Origin: Verrucomicrobiota bacterium
Lineage (GTDB): Bacteria > Verrucomicrobiota > Verrucomicrobiia > Limisphaerales > CANJSG01
DNA: 35,761 nt
NCBI GenBank assembly: GCA_038209745.1
Contig: JBBQXJ010000047.1
Span: 1 to 35,761 of the forward strand
Direction of reading: 5' to 3'
The position numbers were made by a program, and so were the translations under genes. Positions 28,653-35,761 of the stretch are shown here, piece by piece. The number at the start of each line of letters is the position of its first letter. Positions within the stretch are counted from its first letter, which is position 1. The notes beneath the pieces were generated by a model. The model searched no databases and was not told the DNA's origin. It saw only the letters and a list, made by a program, of their open reading frames with translations.

Positions 28653-30221
28653 GTGGCGAAGCACGAATCAAACCCACATCGGCGCCGGATGCGCTGGTGG
28701 ATCCCCGCTCTGTTGTTGGTCCTCTACGGAGGCGTAGTGTCCCACCTGCGCGCCACCGACGACTACCGGAGAGGCGTCATGATTCCAGTGCTGGGAGTCT
28801 TCGTGATCGTTCTCATCGGGCTCTGGTATGCCTTTTTCACCGGACTTCCGCTGCGGCGGCGGCTCGCGCTGGGCGGAATCGGTCTCTTAATAATCGGGGC
28901 GATCGCGTTGATCGGGCCGCGAGTGTTTCGCTGGGAGGGGTCCCGTGATGGCAAAGCCACACCCCGGTTGGTCCTGCGCTGGAGCGAGTCCACGAGTCCT
29001 CAGGCCACCAATGCCCCCACAACCGTGGCGTCCGGCCCTAGAGTCGAATTGCCAGGACTGGCGGACTTCCCTCGATATTTAGGTCCGGCCGGCAACGGAA
29101 TCGTGGCGGACGTTCACCTCGATCCCGATTGGCAGGCGTCACCTCCGAAACTCCTTTGGAGACAGGCAATCGGACTGGGGTGGTCGGGATTCGCCGTGTC
29201 CGGGCGACGCGCTGTAACCCAGGAGCAGCGCGGCGAGGATGAACTGGTCTCCTGCTACGACGTTGGCACGGGTGCGCTGCTCTGGATGCATACCAACAGC
29301 GTCCGCTTCTCCGAGACCCTCGGAGGCGATGGACCTCGCGCCACGCCGACCATCAACGGCGATCGTGTCTTCGCCCAGGGAGCGACCGGACTCCTCGACT
29401 GTCTGGATCTGGAGTCGGGGCGCAGACTTTGGGGTACCAACGTGCTCACGGCGACGGATTCGAAGAACTTGATGTGGGGCAAGAGCAACAGCCCCTTGGT
29501 CGATGAAAATCGGATCATCGTCACCGGCGGCCAAGGAGGGCCTTCTCTCGCAGCATTCAACCGGACGACCGGCCAGCGGCTCTGGGTAGCGGGAACCGAT
29601 TCTCCGAGTTTCGCCTCACCGGTGATCATGGAACTGGCCGGCCGACGACAAATCGTCGCCGTCAACGGAGCCAGTGTCACGGGCCACGATCCCCTGACCG
29701 GTCTGGTGCTTTGGACCTATGATTGGCCCGGTGCCCAACCGAAGGCCGGCCAGCCTTTGCTGGTCTCGACCAATCGAATCCTGATCTCAGCCGGCTACGG
29801 TCTCGGGTCCACGCTGCTCGAGATCCGTCCGACTCCGAAAGGCGACCTCGCCGCCGAGCGCCTCTGGAAGGCCCGCAGCATCCGGAACAAATTCAGCAAT
29901 TTGGTCGTCAGAGAAGGATTTGCCTACGGATTGGAAGAGGAGACGCTCGCCTGTCTTGATCTGGCGACCGGCAGCAGGGAGTGGAAGGACGGGAAATACG
30001 GCTTCGGCCAATTGCTCGGAATCGGTCCTCTGCTCGTGGTCCAGACCGAGCCTGGGGATGTGGTCGTCGTCTCGGCCGATCCGACCCGGTGGAAGGAACT
30101 CGGCCGGCTGAAGGCGTTGAACGCAAAGACATGGAACGCGCCAGCCTTGGCTGGAAACATTCTTTTGGTGCGAAACGATGCCGAAGCTGCAGCCTTTGAA
30201 CTCCCCGTCAAAATGCAATGA
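28653..30221 (+). CDS. Membrane-anchored PQQ-binding-like beta-propeller protein (BamB-like repeats)
   Basis: Three N-terminal TMs, 'FPRYLGP', 'LLWRQAIGLGWSG', 'GPRATP', repeated 'C(L/Y)DxxxGxxxW', 'TWNAPAL'. Confidence 0.85.
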   Translation: MAKHESNPHRRRMRWWIPALLLVLYGGVVSHLRATDDYRRGVMIPVLGVFVIVLIGLWYAFFTGLPLRRRLALGGIGLLIIGAIALIGPRVFRWEGSRDGKATPRLVLRWSESTSPQATNAPTTVASGPRVELPGLADFPRYLGPAGNGIVADVHLDPDWQASPPKLLWRQAIGLGWSGFAVSGRRAVTQEQRGEDELVSCYDVGTGALLWMHTNSVRFSETLGGDGPRATPTINGDRVFAQGATGLLDCLDLESGRRLWGTNVLTATDSKNLMWGKSNSPLVDENRIIVTGGQGGPSLAAFNRTTGQRLWVAGTDSPSFASPVIMELAGRRQIVAVNGASVTGHDPLTGLVLWTYDWPGAQPKAGQPLLVSTNRILISAGYGLGSTLLEIRPTPKGDLAAERLWKARSIRNKFSNLVVREGFAYGLEEETLACLDLATGSREWKDGKYGFGQLLGIGPLLVVQTEPGDVVVVSADPTRWKELGRLKALNAKTWNAPALAGNILLVRNDAEAAAFELPVKMQ

Positions 30222-30388
30222 CGCTCACCATACCGACGCCATTCTAAAAGATGCCAAGCGCTGCGGCTGATCGAAGTCATAAACTCTTCCTTGCTCCGAA
30301 AAATAAGGGCTTGTTACTGTCGTCTGTCGTCACGACCAGCTCACCAAGGGGTCGTGTTTTTTTGACCCCAACCGCATAGGCCCCAGAC

Positions 30389-31333
30389 GTGAAGATATTC
30401 AGCGGCAACGCCAATCGCCCCCTCGCCGAGTCCCTTTGCAAGTCCATCGGCCGGGACCTTGGCAAATGCACGGTCAGTTCGTTTCCCGATGGCGAAACCT
30501 TCGTGAAAATCGAGGAAAACGTGCGCGGTGAAGACGTATTTGTGGTTCAGCCCACGAGTCCGCCCTCGAACCACCACTTGATGGAGTTGTTCATCATGAT
30601 TGACGCGCTGCGCCGCTCCAGCGCCAATCGCATCACGGCGGTAATACCTTTCTACGGCTATGCGCGGCAGGACAGAAAGGATCAGCCACGTGTTCCAATC
30701 ACGGCAAAACTGATCGCCAACCTTGTAGTCGCCGCAGGCGCTAACCGCGTCTTGACCATGGATCTGCATGCCCAGCAGATCCAAGGTTTCTTCGACATTC
30801 CGGTCGACCACCTCTATGCCGCTCCGGTGATGTATCAATACATCAAGTCAAAGAACATCCCCAATCTTGTCGTGGTGAGCCCCGACGTTGGCGGACTCAA
30901 AATGGCCTACGCCTACTCCCAATTTCTGGAAGCCTCGATCGCCATCGTGGCCAAGCGGCGCAAGAGTCCGACCGAAATCGAGTCGATGGCTTTGATCGGC
31001 GAAGTGCGCGGCAAGAACGTGCTGATGGTCGACGACTTGACGGAGACCTGCGGAACCCTCACTGCCGCAGCGGACCTGCTCAAGAAGAAGGGCGCCAAGA
31101 AGATCATCGCCTGCGTCTCGCACGCTATCCTCGGAGAACTCGGTATCCAGCGTCTCAAGAAATCTTGTATTGACGAGCTAATCACGACTGATACGGTCCA
31201 GCGCCCCGCAATCGACGGTGTGAAGATAACGACTTTGACGGTTGCGGGATTGCTCGGCGAAGCCATCGAGCGAATTCACAGCAATTCCTCGGTAACTTCG
31301 CTGTTTGAATTTAAGGGCGGCCGCACCAGCTAA
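30389..31333 (+). CDS. prs: Ribose-phosphate pyrophosphokinase
   Basis: 'FPDGET', 'PFYGYARQDRK', 'MDLHAQQIQGFF', 'VSPDVGG', 'VDDLTETCGT'. Confidence 0.97.
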   Translation: MKIFSGNANRPLAESLCKSIGRDLGKCTVSSFPDGETFVKIEENVRGEDVFVVQPTSPPSNHHLMELFIMIDALRRSSANRITAVIPFYGYARQDRKDQPRVPITAKLIANLVVAAGANRVLTMDLHAQQIQGFFDIPVDHLYAAPVMYQYIKSKNIPNLVVVSPDVGGLKMAYAYSQFLEASIAIVAKRRKSPTEIESMALIGEVRGKNVLMVDDLTETCGTLTAAADLLKKKGAKKIIACVSHAILGELGIQRLKKSCIDELITTDTVQRPAIDGVKITTLTVAGLLGEAIERIHSNSSVTSLFEFKGGRTS

Positions 31334-31360
31334 CGCGGCAAAAAAACTTACATAGAGAAG

Positions 31361-32032
31361 ATGAAAGCTGTTCCATTGAATGCGTTTCCACGTGCGATGA
31401 CTCGCCGCAGTGGTGCCAAAAAACTCCGCGAGAACGGCAGAATTCCAGCCGTGATCTACGGTGCCAAGATCCAGCCGCAGAACTTGGAGTTCGTTCGCAA
31501 GGACATTGATCTGCTCATCAAGCACTCGGTTTCCGAAACTCTCCTGATCGATCTCAACATTGAGGGAGGGGGAAAGCATATGGCGCTAGTGCAGGAAGTT
31601 CAGCGCCACCCGTTGACCGCGAAAGTCTTGCACATGGATTTTCACGAAGTCTCCCCCTCAGAGACCGTGACCATCACCGTCCCAGTCGAGACCACAGGCA
31701 TCCCGGTCGGGGTCAAAGTAGGCGGCGGAACGCTTGAGCATGTTCTTTTCAAGCTCAAGGTCCGCGCCCTGCCCGCGAACCTTCCAGAGGCCATCACCAT
31801 CGACGTCTCGAGCCTCGACCTTAACAAGACTTTGCACATCGGCGAGATTCTTGCACCTGAAGGGGTTGAGATCTTGGGCGACAAGAACATTCCAGTCGTG
31901 ACCATTGCCGCTCCGAAGGTCGAAGTGGCAGCTGTAGCCGATGCAACCGCCCCTGAAGCCGCAGCGACGAAGCAACCAGTGATGCTCAAGGAAAAGAAGG
32001 AAGAAGCCAAGGCTCCTGCCAAGAAGAAGTAA
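31361..32032 (+). CDS. rplY: 50S ribosomal protein L25/Ctc
   Basis: 'RENGRIPAVIYG', 'QRHP...HMDF', 'GVKVGGG', 'LPEAITIDVS'. Confidence 0.95.
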   Translation: MKAVPLNAFPRAMTRRSGAKKLRENGRIPAVIYGAKIQPQNLEFVRKDIDLLIKHSVSETLLIDLNIEGGGKHMALVQEVQRHPLTAKVLHMDFHEVSPSETVTITVPVETTGIPVGVKVGGGTLEHVLFKLKVRALPANLPEAITIDVSSLDLNKTLHIGEILAPEGVEILGDKNIPVVTIAAPKVEVAAVADATAPEAAATKQPVMLKEKKEEAKAPAKKK

Positions 32033-32070
32033 TAGATCGAAGCTAAGCTTCGATCCCGTCACCAATTGCC

Positions 32071-32670
32071 GTGGATCAAACCCGGCTCATTGTCGGTCTG
32101 GGAAATCCCGGCCAAGAATATGCGCGAACCCGACACAACATCGGTTTCATGCTGGTAGAAAAATTGGCGGACCAATTGAAAGCCCCTTGGGCCAACGAAA
32201 AACGGTTCAAGGCACGCCTCGCCAAATGTCGACAGAATGGTAGGCAAATCCTTCTGGGCCAACCGCTGACCTACATGAATCTCAGCGGAGAAGCAGTCCG
32301 GATGATAGCCGATTTTTACAAAATCGAACCAATGTCCGTTTTGGCGGTAGTGGACGATGCGGACCTGCCCTTGGGGCAGTTGCGAATGCGTCCCGACGGT
32401 AGCAGCGGCGGACATCACGGTTTGGATTCGCTGGAACAAATGTTGGGAACCCGCCAGTTTCCGCGGCTGAGGCTCGGGATTGGCCGCAGAGGCGATGGCC
32501 GTCGCGATATCGCAGACTATGTTCTCCAGCCGTTCGCGGAAGACGACCAAGCTGTTTTGAAAAAGGTATTGGAGCGGGCCGGCCGCCAGACCGAGTGTTG
32601 GTGCGAGCACGGAACGAGCCGGGCCATGAACGAATTTAACGGATCGGTGGAAACCACCGCTCAAAACTGA
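32071..32670 (+). CDS. pth: Peptidyl-tRNA hydrolase
   Basis: 'IVGLGNPG..Y..TRHNIGF', 'PLTYMNLSG', 'GSSGGHHGL', 'RLRLGIG'. Confidence 0.96.
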   Translation: MDQTRLIVGLGNPGQEYARTRHNIGFMLVEKLADQLKAPWANEKRFKARLAKCRQNGRQILLGQPLTYMNLSGEAVRMIADFYKIEPMSVLAVVDDADLPLGQLRMRPDGSSGGHHGLDSLEQMLGTRQFPRLRLGIGRRGDGRRDIADYVLQPFAEDDQAVLKKVLERAGRQTECWCEHGTSRAMNEFNGSVETTAQN

Positions 32671-32678
32671 AGAATACT

Positions 32679-32990
32679 GTGAAGCGATACGAAGGACTGT
32701 TCATTCTAAACGTGACGGGCAAAGAAGATGGCGCCAAAGACGTCATCGACCAAGTCTCCGGGGATATCACTACGGCCGGCGGCACGATCGAAACCGTGCA
32801 GAAAATGGACAAGAAGCCATTTGCGCGGGTCACTGACAAGGAGATCACATCAGGTTTCTACGTGAACATCATCTTCGAAGCCGGACCGACCACCCTTGCC
32901 ACGCTCCACAAGAAGTTTGCCCTCAACAAAGACGTCTATCGTGTGATGTTCAGCATCGCACCGGAAACCAAGGTCGTCGCTGTCGCGTAA
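32679..32990 (+). CDS. rpsF: 30S ribosomal protein S6
   Basis: 'MKRYEGLFIL', 'GFYVNIIF', about 100 aa, directly upstream of ssb. Confidence 0.9.
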   Translation: MKRYEGLFILNVTGKEDGAKDVIDQVSGDITTAGGTIETVQKMDKKPFARVTDKEITSGFYVNIIFEAGPTTLATLHKKFALNKDVYRVMFSIAPETKVVAVA

Positions 32991-33014
32991 GAACGCTTCC
33001 GTAGTCCCGGAGCC

Positions 33015-33479
33015 ATGGCCAACTTCAACAAAGTCATCCTCGCGGGCAATTTGACCCGCGACCCCGAACTGCGCTATACGCCCAAGGGGACTGCCATTGC
33101 TCGTATTGGTCTGGCCATCAACCGCCGTTTCGCCGGCGAAGACGGCCAACCAAGGGAAGAGACCACTTTTGTGGATGTCGACGCATTTGGAAAGCAGGCC
33201 GAGACTATCGGCCAATATCTGCGCAAGGGCCGTCCGATACTAATTGAAGGCCGCCTGCGGCTTGACCAATGGGACGACAAACAGACTGGACAGAAGCGCA
33301 GCAAACTTGGCGTGGTGATGGAGTCCTTCCAGTTCCTAGACTCAAAAGCCGGCGGGGACGGGATTCCCGCACCCGTTGGCGGACCAGCACCCCGTCCGTC
33401 CCGCCCAGCACCTTCTTCGCAGGCGACCGAAATCCCTTATTCAGACGCTCCTCCCCAAGACGATGACGTCCCGTTCTGA
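33015..33479 (+). CDS. ssb: Single-stranded DNA-binding protein
   Basis: 'NKVILAGNLTRDPELRYTP', 'IEGRL', acidic C-terminus DDDVPF. Confidence 0.97.
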   Translation: MANFNKVILAGNLTRDPELRYTPKGTAIARIGLAINRRFAGEDGQPREETTFVDVDAFGKQAETIGQYLRKGRPILIEGRLRLDQWDDKQTGQKRSKLGVVMESFQFLDSKAGGDGIPAPVGGPAPRPSRPAPSSQATEIPYSDAPPQDDDVPF

Positions 33480-33511
33480 ACCGCTCAAACCCGCTAAATA
33501 CAAGTTTTTCT

Positions 33512-34036
33512 ATGGCCAAGATTAATGTGATTCTTACCCACAATGTCGTGGGTCTCGGCGGCGAGTCCGACCAAGTCAAGGTCGCTGCCGGCTACGCCCG
33601 CAACTTCCTCCTCCCTCAAAGCCTCGCGATTCCCGTTACACGGGCCAACAAGCGCCAGCTCGAGGTTCTCCAAAAGCGCCGCACCGAGCGCGAGACGCAC
33701 GATCACAGCTTGATGGCCGAATTGGCCAAGAGCCTCTCAAAGCTGATCACTGTCGTCGTCGTCAAGACGGGTGATGACGGCAAGATGTTCGGCTCCGTAA
33801 CCAGCCTGACGATCGTCGAAGCGTTCAAAACCCAATTCGACATCACGCTCGACAAGAAGAAGGTCCATCTCACGGAACCTATCCGCTCCCTTGGCGATCA
33901 TCAGGTTGAGATGCGTTTGCATCCTGAAGTCCATTGCTCCGTCACGGTCCGGGTCGAGAGCTTGACTCCCCTTCCTCCTCCGGAGCCTGAACCGGTCGCC
34001 GAAGCGCCAAAGCCGGCTCGCGGCAAGAAAGCCTGA
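33512..34036 (+). CDS. rplI: 50S ribosomal protein L9
   Basis: 'VKVAAGYARNFLLP', 'GKMFGSVT', 'PIRSLG', 'LHPEV'. Confidence 0.96.
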   Translation: MAKINVILTHNVVGLGGESDQVKVAAGYARNFLLPQSLAIPVTRANKRQLEVLQKRRTERETHDHSLMAELAKSLSKLITVVVVKTGDDGKMFGSVTSLTIVEAFKTQFDITLDKKKVHLTEPIRSLGDHQVEMRLHPEVHCSVTVRVESLTPLPPPEPEPVAEAPKPARGKKA

Positions 34037-34055
34037 CCAATTCCCTAAGATCTCC

Positions 34056-34090
34056 AGCGGCGGGACCTCGGTCCCGCCGCTTTTTTTGTT
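34056..34090 (+). terminator. Rho-independent terminator of the prs-rplI operon
   Basis: 11-bp stem AGCGGCGGGAC / GTCCCGCCGCT with CTCG loop, followed by a T7 run (34081-34087). Confidence 0.92.
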
Positions 34091-34974
34091 TATGTCGCGC
34101 GCATCGACGCCGAAAACTCGACGGTGTCGGAGCCAACCTTTCGTCCGTTCCGACCGGTGATTAGTAAAAGGCCTAGGATGGCGACGGCGTTGGCGTAGGG
34201 GTCGGTGAGCAGTTTGCAGCCGTGGAGGTGTTCGATTTCCGACTGGCGCAGAAGGCACGGCCCAAAGGGCGTTCGGAGGAAGGGGTCGGTATTGATCTTA
34301 TGATAGGACTTCGGGATGACAGGGAGACAGGCTTCCGAGACGTCCATGAGCGAGAAGTCGAATCTATGACAAAGCGCACGATGACGTTCCCAATGGTTCA
34401 CCAGACCGGAGATGGTCCGTTTGATCTGTTCCGCATCGGCCCAATCCCTGTCCACATCGGGAGTAGCAAGGAACGCCGCAAACGGGGTGAGGCAGCGAAC
34501 CTCATGTACGACCAGCATGAAAGGCCGGTCCAACGTCGCCACGAGCATCCAGCGTTTCCGGTCCTCGATCTCGCCCCATTCCGCGTTCGGTTACAGCATC
34601 GTGGCGGCGACCCGGTGGCCGAGTTTCCTCAGGCCGGAGACCACGAGCCGTCCGGCGAGGCTGTCGCCGAAGCCCGCCACGTTCTCCAACACCACAGCTG
34701 CCGCGAACCGGTCGGAGCCGAGCCGTAGAACGGGGACGAAAAGGTCGCCTATGTCGCCCACTTCGGGCTTACCGGCCAACCTCTTCTTCGCCCCGGCCCA
34801 GATTTGAGTGGGAGGTGCAGGGCACGCCAGCTACGAGCAGGTCAAAAGGAAGAAGATCAGGCAAATACAGCAGACGGGCTGCGAGCTGGGCCAACATGGC
34901 GTCGGGATGACGAGCCTGCTATTCGTCGGCAAAATTCGGACCCAACTCGACGTCTACGACGATTTGAAACGACG
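34090..34974 (-). pseudogene. DNA (cytosine-5) methyltransferase pseudogene
   Basis: Joining frames gives 'FQIVVDVE...DLLVAGVPCTSHSNLGR/AKKRLAGKPE...VVLENVAGF...EIEDRKRWMLVA...LLRQSEIEHLHG'. Motif IV (PC) is at 34817-34822, motif VI (ENV) at 34678-34686, with motifs VIII and IX after. Stops at 34919-34921 and 34591-34593, frameshift near 34790, motif I missing. Ends approximate. Confidence 0.8.
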
Positions 34975-35761
34975 GCCCGAGGGCGGCGGACAGGTTGGTG
35001 CGCGGGGCCTGGAACTTGTAACCGGGCACCTCCAGGAGCTTTTTGCCGCCCGCGTTCGGCCGGTCGCCGACCCGCTGGCGCAGGACGACGAGGCGGCCTT
35101 CCTCGTGGGCGACTTCCTGCACCTCGATGCCGGGCACGCCGGTGGGCGTCCAGGCCGTGTCGTCATGGCGGCAGAGCGTGCGCACCGGCGCGCGCAGGGC
35201 GGCGGTCATGATGTAGTGCAGGCTCCGGGCTTCCAGTTCGGCGATCATCCCGCGGGTGCAGAAGCCGCTGTCGGCGCGCACCAACGAGACCCGCACGCTC
35301 TCCGACAAACGGGCGAGGGTGTCGCCGAGGAAGGTGGGCGCGCCGCTGACGCAGGCGGTGTTGCCCCGGACGCAGCCAGAAGTGCGCGACCAGCGGCACC
35401 TCGGCCAGGGCCGCCACGATGGGCCGGTGGCACGGGTTTGAGGCCCTTGCGGGTGTAGCCCGCGCGCACGCCCTCCTGCTGGCTGTCCTCGTGGACCAGG
35501 GAAAACGAGTCCAGATCCAGCGTGCAGCCCTCGGTCCGTTCCGGCAGTTCGCGCATCGCCCAGGCGTGCAACCCGCTCAGAGCCTCGGCGGCGCTCCGCC
35601 CACAGCGGGCGAAGAACCGCGAGAGGGTCGATTGGCTGGGGATCGCCTCGATGCCCAGCACCTCGGCCACGGCCGGATCGTGCGCCAGGTGCGCCACCCG
35701 CGAGAGCTTGTCCGCGCCGCACAGGATGCCCCCGATGAAACCGAGGGCCGTGTCGCACGGA
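34975..35761 (-). mobile_element. IS1380-family transposase remnant (frameshifted, 3' truncated, continues beyond window)
   Basis: Across three frames: 'DPAVAEVLG...IPSQSTLSRFF', 'TLDLDS', 'QEGVRAGY', 'HRPIVA...FWLRP/GNT', 'VRADSGF', 'TNL'. Frameshifts near 35433 and 35365. Confidence 0.82.

Noticed and set aside
30291..30369. Possible prs promoter (TTGCTC-N18-TACTGT) and leader hairpin GGGGTC/GACCCC
   Set aside because: Poor consensus match and a 6-bp stem; not supportable without TSS data.

Overview
GC-rich bacterial window; gene content suggests a Verrucomicrobia/PVC-type organism (inference). The left part (1-7100) is a minus-strand block: a TetR/CerR regulator with a tandem operator array, a DevC/DevA/DevB-like ABC exporter with TolC, a bifunctional nuclease, holA and a partial STAS gene. 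tRNA-Thr(TGT) follows. The centre (about 7850-25200, all minus strand) holds a complete N-type ATPase gene set (atpD-C-Q-R-B-E-F-A-G, no atpH) with a full Na+-type c-subunit motif, headed by a SpoIIAA-like gene. The operon is split twice by co-oriented cargo: a PAS kinase / single-domain receiver / hybrid kinase triad between atpF and atpA, and cbpA-cbpM / membrane protein / VIT1 between atpA and atpG. A secreted protein with four 61-aa repeats lies downstream. The right part has rhlE, a Gfo/Idh/MocA oxidoreductase, DUF1499, a PQQ-like propeller protein and prs-rplY-pth-rpsF-ssb-rplI with a strong terminator. It ends in a decayed C5 DNA methyltransferase gene joined to a frameshifted IS1380-family transposase remnant. 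No CRISPR array or rRNA was seen. All family assignments come from motif recognition by eye, not from database searches.
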